A DNA stretch of 64,000 bases, taken from sequence record OM718002.1; one strand, 5' to 3'. Below the pieces are notes generated by a model. It was not told the origin of the DNA, ran no database searches, and was given only the letters and a program-made list of their open reading frames with translations. Of the stretch, positions 46,398 to 61,162 are shown piece by piece. How positions within the stretch are numbered: position 1 is the stretch's first letter; the number at the start of each line of letters is the position of its first letter. The position numbers and the translations under genes are program-made.

Positions 46398-46496
46398 GTT
46401 AATATACCTTCTGTACAGAGTTTATGAGTTATGCTATTCGTCTTAGTCATAACTCCAAGCGACGAACGTTAACATTCAAAATATTGCGCTGGAATC

Positions 46497-47612
46497 TTAC
46501 TTTAGATTTTCATCGCATACATTGAGTATGGCAGTCAAATTACGACATGTTAATTTAAATAGGTCGTGATAAGGAATAGCCAACCAATCAACATATGTTT
46601 CTACCAATGAAACAAGTTCTTGTATTTCTCTATCAGGTCGCCCTTCATTACGAGCACGTGTTAGTTCATCTCTAAACCTGATTAATGCACCTTTAAGAGT
46701 CCTTAACCGTTCATTTCGACGAGTACGCATTGATGCAGCATTTGCACGATTGATCTTATCAACTACCTTAACAACTCGATCAATAATACTTTCAGTAACT
46801 TGATGGTTGAAATGTTCAAATTCTATTTCGACTGGTAGTGGTCTAGGGGTTTCTTCAGATGGAACTAACCGTGAAGAAATATCCCTACACTGATCATAAG
46901 CACTTGCATTCTTATCGGGATTATAGTTAATTACAATTTGATGATTACCTAGCAAATGCAATGATACAAATCGATTACCTTGATCGCGATAAACAGATGG
47001 TGTGGTTATTTTAGTTGGGGCACTATTTAATAGTAGTTCTGCTAAAGCATCTGGACTAGCATTTGGATTCATATACGAAGGTATGATATTAGCTGGCCTT
47101 AGAATCACATTGTCTAATCCATTGATATACCCATCAACTACTGTCTCCAATACGCGTAAGTGAGATAACAAATTAGCACTATTGGTAATAGGTTTATATC
47201 TAACACTTAAGTTCTGAATACGAGTTGTAATTAGAAATGTAGGATTCTTATTTTTACGAGTTCTAGCACGACTGTTAACTCGTAAGTTTTCTGCTCGAAT
47301 TGCAACATATTCAGCAGTAGCTGCTAGCACTACTCCACTATCCATCAGTTTCTCAATAGTGGTAACAAATAGTTTTATAACTCGATCAATAACATGTTTA
47401 ATAGTATCACTAATATCTTCAGTAGATACAACATCCTCTAATTCTTTGATAACCCCTTGGATCTGATTATAATCTTCCATACCGCCTAATAGATCCATCA
47501 CTCGCCTAGCTAACGCTTCATCGCCTGATAATAAATCTGCAAGTCTTTTAGGTTCATCAAGATCAATAATCATTTCATCTGGAGTATCTTTATAAATATC
47601 AATTAATTCCAT
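46497..47612 (-). CDS. Head protein of the ejection-protein paralog cluster (gp96-like)
   Basis: 371 aa; STE|DISD site; AGGAG RBS. Confidence 0.7.
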   Translation of the reverse strand: MELIDIYKDTPDEMIIDLDEPKRLADLLSGDEALARRVMDLLGGMEDYNQIQGVIKELEDVVSTEDISDTIKHVIDRVIKLFVTTIEKLMDSGVVLAATAEYVAIRAENLRVNSRARTRKNKNPTFLITTRIQNLSVRYKPITNSANLLSHLRVLETVVDGYINGLDNVILRPANIIPSYMNPNASPDALAELLLNSAPTKITTPSVYRDQGNRFVSLHLLGNHQIVINYNPDKNASAYDQCRDISSRLVPSEETPRPLPVEIEFEHFNHQVTESIIDRVVKVVDKINRANAASMRTRRNERLRTLKGALIRFRDELTRARNEGRPDREIQELVSLVETYVDWLAIPYHDLFKLTCRNLTAILNVCDENLK

Positions 47613-47630
47613 TGCTAACTCCTAACATAA

Positions 47631-47654
47631 GACGGGACTCTTCCGAGCCCCGTC
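47631..47654 (-). terminator. Intrinsic terminator, GNRA loop on the - strand
   Basis: GACGGGGCTC-GGAA-GAGTCCCGTC-TTATG; pairs fully only on the - strand (one G-U). Confidence 0.75.
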
Positions 47655-47673
47655 GATATGTCGTCACTTATCA

Positions 47674-49317
47674 TTATTCTGCTTGGAATTTAGTGTTAAT
47701 TACACTATTATAAAGTCCAGTTGCAGTATTTGCGTAACGCATTGCTTCACGAATAATGGAGTCATGTTTAGGTGCACTATCTGTAATAATAGATGCTACC
47801 TTACGTGATACTTCTTCGATCTGTTCTTTAGAAACATCGTCGATTTTATCACTCTCTAGTTTCCGTGAAAGTTGATCAACATCATCTTCAAGTTGCTTAA
47901 TGGCTTTAACAATATTCCGACCGCCAGTGATAACATCAGCTGCATCATCAACCAGATTACGTAGAGCTACCGCTTCTTTCTTAGCTTGACTCTTATCAAA
48001 GTTCTTTAAAGTCACTTCAGTGCCAGGTTCTGCGGCTGTCTCATCATCCGTTAGATATACTTGAGTAGCAGTCGTAGTTACAAGTTTATTACCCGGTAAA
48101 GTGTTAGATGTACTAGCGTAGTGTTTGAGAGGTCCATCTTGAAGTTTGTCCATCTTCTCAACTAGTTCACTAGCATCATTACGCTCTGGATCCCAAGCTT
48201 TAAGCACAGTACCAATATTCGTTAGGTAGGTAGCATAGTCTTTTGCATATACAGATGCCATCCATTTAACGATAGGGCCATATCCAACGTTAGCTGAAGG
48301 CTGAATGAATTTACCATTAGCAAATACGGGTCCACCATTTTTAACAGGAACCGTTAATTCACTGGGTATATTTTCAAACTTAGCATTTTGGATAGCTAAA
48401 ATGAGTTCATCAACTTTTACACTCACACGCGGTACACTATTCTTAAGACTATCCCATACGTGGCTAATAATTTCACGTAGTTTAGCAATAGCTTTCTTGA
48501 TATAAGCAAGCGCCTTACGACTTAACTCTTTAATATCCTCAGTTGAAATCTTAACTGGATATAAATGACTTTTACCACCAGTCGTATAGTTTTCTAATGA
48601 GCTAGTTAAAGTATTATCACCAAGTACATGACGATGTGGTAAGAGTGCAGAATGAATAAATGCAGCTGTACTCTGACTGATACCATTCATACCAGCTTGT
48701 CGAACAAGAGCTTTAATTGACTCTAGGGCATATGCGGTATTTAGACCTTGATTGATATCTTGCACTGCTGTAGTAACTACTTGTGCATTACCAATGTCCA
48801 TGAAATCAGTAGGTTTATCCATATCCACTGCAACAGCGATCTGTGGCACCACGCCATTATGTGCTAGTGGAATAGAACTATCTTTAGCAGCCTGGTCAGC
48901 AATTTGCTGAGTTACTGTCTCACCACCTTGTGGATCCTCTCCTTCAGCACCTGCTGGAATAACTGTTTCAACAGCAACATTAGGTTGTTCAGGAATAGGG
49001 GGTACTTCTGTTACTACATCTGTTTCAACTACAGCAACTGGCACAGCAGGTTGTTCGACTAGAGTAGCAGCTGGAGTCTCAACAATAACACCATTATTAG
49101 GAGTATTAACAATAGTGGTATCTGCTTCTACTGGTGCAGTTGGTGTAACACCAACATTATTGTCAGCTACATCTTGAATAGTATTTTCAGGTACAGCGTC
49201 TTCAGAAGTGCAATCACCACTAGTCATGGCTGCTACTTTATCAACTGCTGTTTCAGGAATAGGTACCTCAGTATAGTCTTCTAGACTATCTAGATACTCA
49301 TTGAGTTTAAATGTCAT
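47674..49317 (-). CDS. gp95: Inner-body/ejection protein
   Basis: 547 aa; acidic propeptide, AGxxGISxxxAAF motif, SLE|NY and STE|DI sites. Confidence 0.78.
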   Translation of the reverse strand: MTFKLNEYLDSLEDYTEVPIPETAVDKVAAMTSGDCTSEDAVPENTIQDVADNNVGVTPTAPVEADTTIVNTPNNGVIVETPAATLVEQPAVPVAVVETDVVTEVPPIPEQPNVAVETVIPAGAEGEDPQGGETVTQQIADQAAKDSSIPLAHNGVVPQIAVAVDMDKPTDFMDIGNAQVVTTAVQDINQGLNTAYALESIKALVRQAGMNGISQSTAAFIHSALLPHRHVLGDNTLTSSLENYTTGGKSHLYPVKISTEDIKELSRKALAYIKKAIAKLREIISHVWDSLKNSVPRVSVKVDELILAIQNAKFENIPSELTVPVKNGGPVFANGKFIQPSANVGYGPIVKWMASVYAKDYATYLTNIGTVLKAWDPERNDASELVEKMDKLQDGPLKHYASTSNTLPGNKLVTTTATQVYLTDDETAAEPGTEVTLKNFDKSQAKKEAVALRNLVDDAADVITGGRNIVKAIKQLEDDVDQLSRKLESDKIDDVSKEQIEEVSRKVASIITDSAPKHDSIIREAMRYANTATGLYNSVINTKFQAE

Positions 49318-49404
49318 GTTATTTCCTCAAGGAATTTCTTTGCGCGCGTTTAACAATAAACCATAGAATTAGGTACTTAGATAAAAATGAACACTTAGAT
49401 ATAT

Positions 49405-51750
49405 TTATTGGCCATATCTTTCTAATTCCATATTACAAACAGCATTTCGTTGCTTTGCAATTCTGAGTAGATGGGAAATGTGGGTTGAGTACTCGGGTTT
49501 TATATCCCGAGCAAATTCAGCAGCTATCCTTAGAATAGCATCTGCATCTTCCCGAGCACCTTTCCATACTGTCTTAGAGCGTCGTCCATCCAATCCTTCT
49601 ATCTCAGATGCTACAAGCCTAAGTCTTTCTAGAACGCGCGCTTCAGCTTTAAACAACTCTCCTAAGTCACGAATCTGTACTTTGTTTTCGTCAAGTGTTT
49701 TCCTAACGATAGCTGGATCACGTATTTCAATAGAAATACTTTCAGGAGCAGCTTCTTGATCAGACTCTACCAGACGTGGTCCGAACTTGTCTTTGACAAA
49801 TGTCAACTTAACATTACCTGGTAGTTCAGTACCATTAACTTTGTCAAACATATGGCCATTGCCGATGGCATTGAAAGACTCATCAAACTTATCTAAGTTG
49901 TCAGTTTCAAGATCATAGTTCTTCAACATCTTAACAGCTCGATCAATATTACTGAGAGCAGTGGTCGGCCAATCCCTAGCTAGAAACGTACTGACTTTCC
50001 TTTCACAAGACATGTCATCGAGAATGAATTCTCCGCAAAGATATAATAGCTTAGGACTATTTATCTGCAATGTCATATTAAAGTCTGGGGCAGCCCGTTC
50101 GTTAGATACTCTAATGCCATTTGCTAGTTTCTTCGCCTTATCAATCAATTCATCAGTCTCAGTGAGAGTAGAATTGATACCAGAGAGCATGCGCTGACCA
50201 AATGCCTTAGCCTCATCAATGAACTTAATGATCAGCGCTAATAGCTTTTTTCCAAGGGCCTCCAGACGCTCACCAAGGTCTTCCAGAGAAGGTTGGATAA
50301 ATGTCATAGCACTTCTAGGGGAAGCGTCGTATTTCTCATTAGAGATGTCTTTACGACCAAGATAACGATCAATGCTTTCCAGAGCGACATCCATGAATGC
50401 AGCTGACTGGCGAGTAATACCTTTATCACCCGCCTCTTTAATGAGACCAATGAATTCTTCAAGAGTAGTGCGCATCGATACTACTTGATCATACTCACCA
50501 CCAATATTAGTAGCTGGATCAGAATCACTAACAAAATTTTGCTCATGATTAATGGAAGGTACATCTTCAGGCAGATCTGGAAGATTACTTGGGTTCTGGC
50601 GGGTATCTAGATTACTGCTATCGATTACTTCAGCCGATTCAACGGAAATCTTACCTTTAATCGAATTATCAATCCACTTGGCACATGCGTAGATAGCTTG
50701 AGAGAAGCATCCTTCTGCTCGCCACCATTTCATGCGCTCATCTGGACTAGATCCAACTGGATAACTTACCACAGATAAAACAAGTGTATTCCATTTGTCG
50801 TAAGATACCTTACCTTTCGGATTGGTAAGGTCATCAGACCACATATAACGACTTACTTGTTCTTTTACCTCATCGAGGTCCAGTCTTACCTTGGTAAGTC
50901 CATCCAGCAGTTTAAGAATTTGGTCCAGTGCTTTAGTAGCTGTTACCTCATCCAATGCTGGAAGCTTGTCCGGTCCTTCACCATTATAACTTGGGATGAC
51001 AACATTATCATTACGGAATATAGCTTTACCGGAATACCCTTCAGCTGGCCATGGTAATTTGGGGAAAGCTGGTTTTTTGAGCTTAGCCAGCATGGCATTG
51101 GCTTCAGCATAAACTTCATCACTTAGGTTGGACGCGTTCTTATTCAGGTAATCAAGAATCGGTCTAGTCATACCAAACCACTGATTCAAAGTTTCCTTCA
51201 TCTTTGCATCCTGTTCAACGAATTTAGCGTTTGCTTGAATAGCATCTAGGATGTCAACCTTACCATTAATGATTAGTCGGTCAGAAATACCTTTACCAGA
51301 AATATCACCCTTAACAAAGGTCTGCTTCTTCAACCAATCCAAAGTAAAATGATCAATGATATCCCTAGCGAGGTGGGATACAGATGTGTAACTGTTAAAT
51401 AATTTCTTTTGCTTACCCCGATTAGCTACGCCGAAGAACTTCTTAATTGAATCAGAGAAGCCTTCATTTGATACGATGTATGTTTTACCAAATGAATCAA
51501 CTTCAGTAACTAAACCACGATCTGATTTCCAATGGATGTTAGGTTTATGTGCTTCTTTAACATCTAACCCATTATTAGTTGCTTTTACATCATTTGGTAA
51601 TTCATCAATTAACTTGGCAGCTTCTTCTGGTTCTTTAGATATTTGTTTGTCATCTATAGCAGCGTGCTTTAGTTTGGCTTTCGCGACTTTTTCTTTTACT
51701 TCGACAACACCATAACCTTCTAAACTATCAAGTAACTTATTTAAGTTCAT
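49405..51750 (-). CDS. Ejection-family head protein with two apparent mature domains (gp94 position)
   Basis: 781 aa; SNE96|G, SVE371 and SLE490|D sites; second half aligns by eye with the gp93-like neighbour. Confidence 0.72.
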   Translation of the reverse strand: MNLNKLLDSLEGYGVVEVKEKVAKAKLKHAAIDDKQISKEPEEAAKLIDELPNDVKATNNGLDVKEAHKPNIHWKSDRGLVTEVDSFGKTYIVSNEGFSDSIKKFFGVANRGKQKKLFNSYTSVSHLARDIIDHFTLDWLKKQTFVKGDISGKGISDRLIINGKVDILDAIQANAKFVEQDAKMKETLNQWFGMTRPILDYLNKNASNLSDEVYAEANAMLAKLKKPAFPKLPWPAEGYSGKAIFRNDNVVIPSYNGEGPDKLPALDEVTATKALDQILKLLDGLTKVRLDLDEVKEQVSRYMWSDDLTNPKGKVSYDKWNTLVLSVVSYPVGSSPDERMKWWRAEGCFSQAIYACAKWIDNSIKGKISVESAEVIDSSNLDTRQNPSNLPDLPEDVPSINHEQNFVSDSDPATNIGGEYDQVVSMRTTLEEFIGLIKEAGDKGITRQSAAFMDVALESIDRYLGRKDISNEKYDASPRSAMTFIQPSLEDLGERLEALGKKLLALIIKFIDEAKAFGQRMLSGINSTLTETDELIDKAKKLANGIRVSNERAAPDFNMTLQINSPKLLYLCGEFILDDMSCERKVSTFLARDWPTTALSNIDRAVKMLKNYDLETDNLDKFDESFNAIGNGHMFDKVNGTELPGNVKLTFVKDKFGPRLVESDQEAAPESISIEIRDPAIVRKTLDENKVQIRDLGELFKAEARVLERLRLVASEIEGLDGRRSKTVWKGAREDADAILRIAAEFARDIKPEYSTHISHLLRIAKQRNAVCNMELERYGQ

Positions 51751-51787
51751 TTACAATTCCTCAAGAATACTTAATTACATAGCATAA

Positions 51788-51809
51788 GAGGAACCCCGAA
51801 GGGTTCCTC
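51788..51809 (-). terminator. Intrinsic terminator, cUUCGg loop
   Basis: CATAA-GAGGAACCC-CGAA-GGGTTCCTC-A-TTATG. Confidence 0.8.
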
Positions 51810-51819
51810 ATTATGTTTG

Positions 51820-53127
51820 TTACTTCTCATCATTCTCAGGTGCTTTAGAAGTTTCTTTGCCGTACGCAGCTAATTCATGTTTAACAATAAATGTATACTG
51901 CGCAGCGATGCATTTAGCAATATAGTTAACTAGTGCACTATTATCAATACCACCAATATTCAGTGCATCACGCGCTGTTTCTTTTGACATGCCTGCTTCG
52001 TCAGGATTCCAATCAGCTAGGGCCTTTTCAAGATTCTCAGCAATCTTGTAATCAATCTTATTAAAGTCCTGTAGTTTAATAACAAGACCTTTAAGAATAT
52101 TAAGATGTGCTAAGATTTTACTCGGTGCACGGACATCAACTTCAACTTCATGTAGATCCGTTTCCCCATCACCCTCAACAACTTCCCACTTATTCACACC
52201 TGACTTAGAAGAAGTAACTTCTAACTTAACATTACCAGGAGCTTTCTCAACGGCTTTATTAATATCTTCAGCCATCTTAGCTTGTAAATCACTGGTGACT
52301 TGATCAATATCAATAGACTTGTCACCTTTGAGATAACGTACTCCAAGTTCGCCATATTTCCTAAGAGCAGATACATACTGAGTTGAGAATACAGTCATGA
52401 AGTCTGCAATAGTCTTCGGATTATTTGCAATAAAGCCACTACTAGATACCATATACTCAGAAGGAGTGAACTTAATCTCTTCTTTCTTTAGATCACCGGC
52501 TTTGAGTGATTTAATAGCATCAATAGTTTTAGTAATACGCATATCGAGTGCAATCAGCTTAGGATTAAAATCTTTAATCTTCTGCTTTATCATTGCAACA
52601 ATTTTCTTGATAATCTCTAAAGCTTTCTTACCTGCTTCTTTTAGTTTCTCTTTGAGATCCTCAAGAGAGATAACAGCTGCTTTCTGAATAGCGCTGCGTG
52701 GAGAAGCATCGTAATTCTCAAGCGCGGCAGTGAGTCCAGATTTTTCAATACCTAGGATACGATCGATTGATTCCATGCCAACATGCATGAAGGCAGCTGC
52801 TTGTCGAGAGATACCATCTTCACCAGCTTGAAGTAAAAGACCTTGGAACTTTTCAAGTGCTTCTTTAGCATCTTCAATTAGCCCTAATTCATCTTCAGCT
52901 TGAACAATAGTTACTTCAGTATCTAATGCAGTTGGTTGAATAGCATCATCTGCATCAAGAACTTCTTCTACGGGATTATTTTCAATCTGATCTACTTCTG
53001 CTAAAACGGATGATACATCAGCAGAAGTTTTATTTTCAACGACTAATTCAACATCACCATGAATCGTAGTGCCTTGATCTTCAATTGATTCAAGTGATAG
53101 TTTGTCTAGCATTTTAAGTAGAGACAT
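51820..53127 (-). CDS. gp93: Inner-body/ejection protein
   Basis: 435 aa; AGEDGISRQAAAFMHV motif; ALE|NY and SLE|DL sites. Confidence 0.8.
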   Translation of the reverse strand: MSLLKMLDKLSLESIEDQGTTIHGDVELVVENKTSADVSSVLAEVDQIENNPVEEVLDADDAIQPTALDTEVTIVQAEDELGLIEDAKEALEKFQGLLLQAGEDGISRQAAAFMHVGMESIDRILGIEKSGLTAALENYDASPRSAIQKAAVISLEDLKEKLKEAGKKALEIIKKIVAMIKQKIKDFNPKLIALDMRITKTIDAIKSLKAGDLKKEEIKFTPSEYMVSSSGFIANNPKTIADFMTVFSTQYVSALRKYGELGVRYLKGDKSIDIDQVTSDLQAKMAEDINKAVEKAPGNVKLEVTSSKSGVNKWEVVEGDGETDLHEVEVDVRAPSKILAHLNILKGLVIKLQDFNKIDYKIAENLEKALADWNPDEAGMSKETARDALNIGGIDNSALVNYIAKCIAAQYTFIVKHELAAYGKETSKAPENDEK

Positions 53128-53132
53128 GTTAA

Positions 53133-54455
53133 TTACCTTACCTGGGAGGGATTATTTACTTGTTCTTGCGTAGGTCTTTGAATTGGACGCTGGTAAGCTT
53201 TTAATTCTAACTCGGTCACGAATACTAGTCGACCCATTACTCTGACTAAACCAGCAAGAGCATTACTAAAATCTGTTACAACGCGACTTACATTATTGAT
53301 CATTAATGTAATTGAATTAATGATATTTGAGATAGCAGGGATGCCATCAGGTGCATCAGGATCTTGAACTTTTGCTTGACGATTTCGCATATTAGATTGT
53401 TGTGCCCGAATCCTACCAGCTTGTTGACGATTAGTCTCGGCTAACTGCATTAACCTACCAAATTCAAAATCTAGTTTAGTTGCATAATCTTTTCTAGCAT
53501 CTATACGTTTAGCCATTTCGCTTAATAATACTAACCGTCTTCCAATTGAACTCGTATCATTAACCTTAAAGGTATTGTTACCTTCAGGTGCATCCTTCAT
53601 AGTAGGAATAGTATAAAACTTAAAGGCAAAATCACGGACAGTATTTACTAAAAAATCCCAATCCCTGATCTCTTCAGTCTGTGTTTCAGTTGGCCCTGCG
53701 CCAAATAAAGTCTTATTACCTTGAACTGGCATACTACGATAAACTGTAGAACTTACTCTAAATCTATCATCTTTCTTAATAGGTACTGCACCCTTCATCC
53801 AGTTCTTAACATTAAACTTACTAAAGTCTTGTGCAGCTCTATCAGTCCATTTTTCATCAAATGATAATTTCCTAAGGATATCCGCTACAGATTGGATATA
53901 CAAGAGTAGGGATTTATCATAGAAAGCTATCAAGTTGTTAACTTGCATGAGTATCGGATCAACTGTAGTCGGTTCGAATTTACCATCAATACTAAATCGT
54001 TTAGTATTTTTAAATTTTAATTCTTGCTTAAATGGCTCATGCTTAATATTTTCAGCTCTTTCTAAAAGCATGTTTATTCGTTCAAGAGTACGTTGATTAC
54101 CTTGTGTAATAACACGTGCATACTCTTTTAACTCATCTCGATGCTTTGCTTGGGATTTTTTCATTTCATCCCAGGTATTTCGTGCTGTCTTAGATAGATC
54201 TTCTAATGATACATTCTCAGTTTTTAGAATGTGTTCACTAACAACATCTTGGTTATCTGCATATTTTTGAAATAAGCCATCGGTATAGGTTTTAACTAAA
54301 ATGTCTTTTTCAGTGCATTCTAATCTACTTTGAATATCTTCAATTGATGGCAATAATTCTTTTAGATATCCATCGCATGTAGCGATCATATCGACGGGGC
54401 TGTCCCCGTCGATTGATTCAAGTAAGACCGAATGACTAAGTGAATTATTAGTCAT
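53133..54455 (-). CDS. Head structural protein (gp92-like)
   Basis: 440 aa; GAGGA RBS; SLE|DL site. Confidence 0.7.
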   Translation of the reverse strand: MTNNSLSHSVLLESIDGDSPVDMIATCDGYLKELLPSIEDIQSRLECTEKDILVKTYTDGLFQKYADNQDVVSEHILKTENVSLEDLSKTARNTWDEMKKSQAKHRDELKEYARVITQGNQRTLERINMLLERAENIKHEPFKQELKFKNTKRFSIDGKFEPTTVDPILMQVNNLIAFYDKSLLLYIQSVADILRKLSFDEKWTDRAAQDFSKFNVKNWMKGAVPIKKDDRFRVSSTVYRSMPVQGNKTLFGAGPTETQTEEIRDWDFLVNTVRDFAFKFYTIPTMKDAPEGNNTFKVNDTSSIGRRLVLLSEMAKRIDARKDYATKLDFEFGRLMQLAETNRQQAGRIRAQQSNMRNRQAKVQDPDAPDGIPAISNIINSITLMINNVSRVVTDFSNALAGLVRVMGRLVFVTELELKAYQRPIQRPTQEQVNNPSQVR

Positions 54456-54464
54456 AGATAGTCC

Positions 54465-54995
54465 TCAGTCCTTATCTATTACTTCTACAGATCCAAATAG
54501 TAGATGTAGGGTATACATTAGATCATTCATACCGTTTTTGTGTTTAACCCAATTCTGGATCATTGAAACAGTATCTAGATCTAATTTTAACTCATTAAAG
54601 AGAGTAGCAATTTCAGCGCGCGGTTCAATGAGTTGTGCACCAGCATCTGGTTCAGTAGCTAGTAACATTGGCCATTGGGTAATTGAAATACGTCGATGAC
54701 CCGTAGCAATGTATCGAACAGTATCTAATAGGAATTGATAATTATAACTATCGATATTACTATTATTGTCCTGTAGAATAAACCAATTATAGTTTCCGCT
54801 AAAAAGACGGATAGCACAAGCTAGGACTTTCTTATGGAATTCCCAATATGCCGTTTGTGCAGGAAAGTTGGTAAAGATAAGATATAGTTCTTCAACTTGA
54901 GGATCACCGGGACGAGCAGTGAACCGTGAAATGGCCTGTTGTTGACCACCTGAGTAATTACGACCAAATGGGCGTACAGCATTAGTTGCTGGCAT
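54465..54995 (-). CDS. Minor head protein (gp91-like)
   Basis: Start moved to MPATN (GGAGG RBS). Confidence 0.65.
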   Translation of the reverse strand: MPATNAVRPFGRNYSGGQQQAISRFTARPGDPQVEELYLIFTNFPAQTAYWEFHKKVLACAIRLFSGNYNWFILQDNNSNIDSYNYQFLLDTVRYIATGHRRISITQWPMLLATEPDAGAQLIEPRAEIATLFNELKLDLDTVSMIQNWVKHKNGMNDLMYTLHLLFGSVEVIDKD

Positions 54996-55009
54996 ATCAA
55001 TGCCCTCCA

Positions 55010-55942
55010 TTAGTGACCAAGAGATAGTAGATCACGATGGTTAGCAAAGAACTCAGATGCGCGATCTTGGATCATACCTAGGCGATAGTTATAATCAGAG
55101 ATACGAATTTCATACTCTTTAATAAGCTTCTGTAGGCGTGCATCCACTTTACCATTACTTTGCATTTCCCGCATTTCTTGTAAACGTAGCTGAAGTGCAA
55201 GGAATTCTTGCTCAGCTTCTTTAAAACGTTCAACCTGATACTCAGCTAAGAACTTGCCAAATAGCACGAACGGGTTCTGACGAGGTGAGAAGCCATCCAT
55301 GTTAAGTGGATCACGTTGAGCTATAGAGAGAGCACTCACAGCTACATCATAAGTACCTTCATTGACTTCAGCACTAGATGCACGACTTAAGCGTTGTTTC
55401 AGTTCATTAGTCTTAAGACTCATTGCTGGATACAGAGTAATGAATTGCGCCATATTAGTGTATAGCCATTCTTTCTCAGCACGAGATGATTTTAATTCTG
55501 TAGCCTTACCTAATTTCATTGCTTCTTGTGCAATTAGATTTAGTAGTAGTTTACGGCCATAACGAATATAGAAACTAAGACCATCAACAAAACGTAACAT
55601 GTTTGCACGGTCAAAGGTTAGATTAGAGTTAGTAAACTGAATAGCAAATAAACGCCGGATTTCGCTTTCGATCATATCAAAGCTACCACGAATATTTGAA
55701 AGAGTATCCAGTACTAGTTTAATCGGTTCAGTATTAAAACTAATCGCTCGCCGTAGTTCAGTAGATAACCGCATACCTAAATCTGATTTAAGTTGCATAT
55801 TACCAAATACTTCACCTACATCGTCAATAATTGGTGCGAGAGTTGCATCATATTCTTCACGTAATGAACGGATTTGATTTAATAGTTCACGACGTTCAGT
55901 AACTGGTGCGAGTTCACGTACATAATCAATAATTCTCATCAC
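55010..55942 (-). CDS. gp90: Inner-body head protein
   Basis: 310 aa; C-terminal coiled coil; synteny. Confidence 0.7.
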   Translation of the reverse strand: MMRIIDYVRELAPVTERRELLNQIRSLREEYDATLAPIIDDVGEVFGNMQLKSDLGMRLSTELRRAISFNTEPIKLVLDTLSNIRGSFDMIESEIRRLFAIQFTNSNLTFDRANMLRFVDGLSFYIRYGRKLLLNLIAQEAMKLGKATELKSSRAEKEWLYTNMAQFITLYPAMSLKTNELKQRLSRASSAEVNEGTYDVAVSALSIAQRDPLNMDGFSPRQNPFVLFGKFLAEYQVERFKEAEQEFLALQLRLQEMREMQSNGKVDARLQKLIKEYEIRISDYNYRLGMIQDRASEFFANHRDLLSLGH

Positions 55943-55949
55943 TCAGTCC

Positions 55950-57113
55950 TTAAATATTGGTAGACATGGTTTTATTCATCATTTTAAAGATCTCAGTGAT
56001 ATCCGGACCTTTATTCTTTTCAGCCATTTTAATTTCATCAAGTCGGTGAGATGTAGATAGATCAACCCCACGATGATAAATAGTTACTCGCTCATAACGG
56101 TCATCAATAACAACAAGCATCATTAGATAGCTATTGTCAAAGATCTTTTGCCGAGTGGCGAAATCATCAATACGACCATAAAGAGAATTAGAAGCAGCTT
56201 TAAGAGTTGAAGTTGATACAATCGCGATATTTGATGCATCTGCTAATGAAACCGTACCACTGCGAACTGATTGTTTCCAGTTGTTACGGCGGCGATCGGT
56301 GATTTGTTTATAAACACCTGATTTATCATTCATTAGAATGCGATAATGTTCATCGATCATATCTTGACCTAGAACGAAGTCACGCCAGAATTTAATTTGA
56401 CCAGTTTTTACTAGAAATAGGCGATGTAGCCAAGTATCTCGTCCACCAGCACTAAAGATGTGCGCAATAATCTGAGGACTAACAGCGGCTGGAATTAAAC
56501 GGATCATAACAGGAATTTTAGCTTTCTGCTTTCCTGATTTAACATCAACGTTAACCAGCTTACCAACGGCAAGGTTTTCAACTTCATAAATCTTTTGTGT
56601 ATCACCACTAGAAATACTTTGTGCACTTGTACTTTCGTCATTCGCTTCCATTGAAGCTACCCAACGCTCATGTGAGTGTTCAGCGACGATATTTGGTAAA
56701 TGCACAGGCTTCTCAAAAGACTCTAATGAAGGAAGACCATCAGAATACTCTTCGGCAGAGAATACACTAGTGCGAGTTACACCTGTACGGTTAGGATTAA
56801 TAGTATCGAATACTTTTAAAGTATCAATCTTATCCACACCTAGAAGCATATTAACAGCTTGTAGATAATAACCAGTAAAAGACGATGAAACAAATTTCAT
56901 AACGTCTTTCATGTAAGGTTGATCAACTAAGGTTTGGTCTACGATGACCAATGGTTCAACACGAGTTGGACGTGCTAGATCGGTTAGAGAAGAAATCTCT
57001 ACACCATTTTTAGTGGCTTGTAGGACAGTCTGCATTAGACCACGTACACCTTGATCAGCAGCAACAGTCATCAGAGCAGAACTTACTGCTCCGGCGATTA
57101 CAGGTAATGGCAT
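55950..57113 (-). CDS. gp89: Inner-body head protein
   Basis: 387 aa; SME|AN and SLE|SF sites; synteny. Confidence 0.72.
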   Translation of the reverse strand: MPLPVIAGAVSSALMTVAADQGVRGLMQTVLQATKNGVEISSLTDLARPTRVEPLVIVDQTLVDQPYMKDVMKFVSSSFTGYYLQAVNMLLGVDKIDTLKVFDTINPNRTGVTRTSVFSAEEYSDGLPSLESFEKPVHLPNIVAEHSHERWVASMEANDESTSAQSISSGDTQKIYEVENLAVGKLVNVDVKSGKQKAKIPVMIRLIPAAVSPQIIAHIFSAGGRDTWLHRLFLVKTGQIKFWRDFVLGQDMIDEHYRILMNDKSGVYKQITDRRRNNWKQSVRSGTVSLADASNIAIVSTSTLKAASNSLYGRIDDFATRQKIFDNSYLMMLVVIDDRYERVTIYHRGVDLSTSHRLDEIKMAEKNKGPDITEIFKMMNKTMSTNI

Positions 57114-57149
57114 TTTTCTCTTCCTATATGGGTTTGCAGAGAGTTATAA

Positions 57150-61121
<3,972 letters not shown>

Positions 61122-61129
61122 GGTCATAA

Positions 61130-61149
61130 GCCCTCCCCTAGGGGAGGGC
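61130..61149. terminator. Bidirectional terminator between convergent genes
   Basis: CATAA-GCCCTCCC-CTAG-GGGAGGGC-A-TTATG. Confidence 0.8.
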
Positions 61150-61162
61150 ATTATGTTGTATT

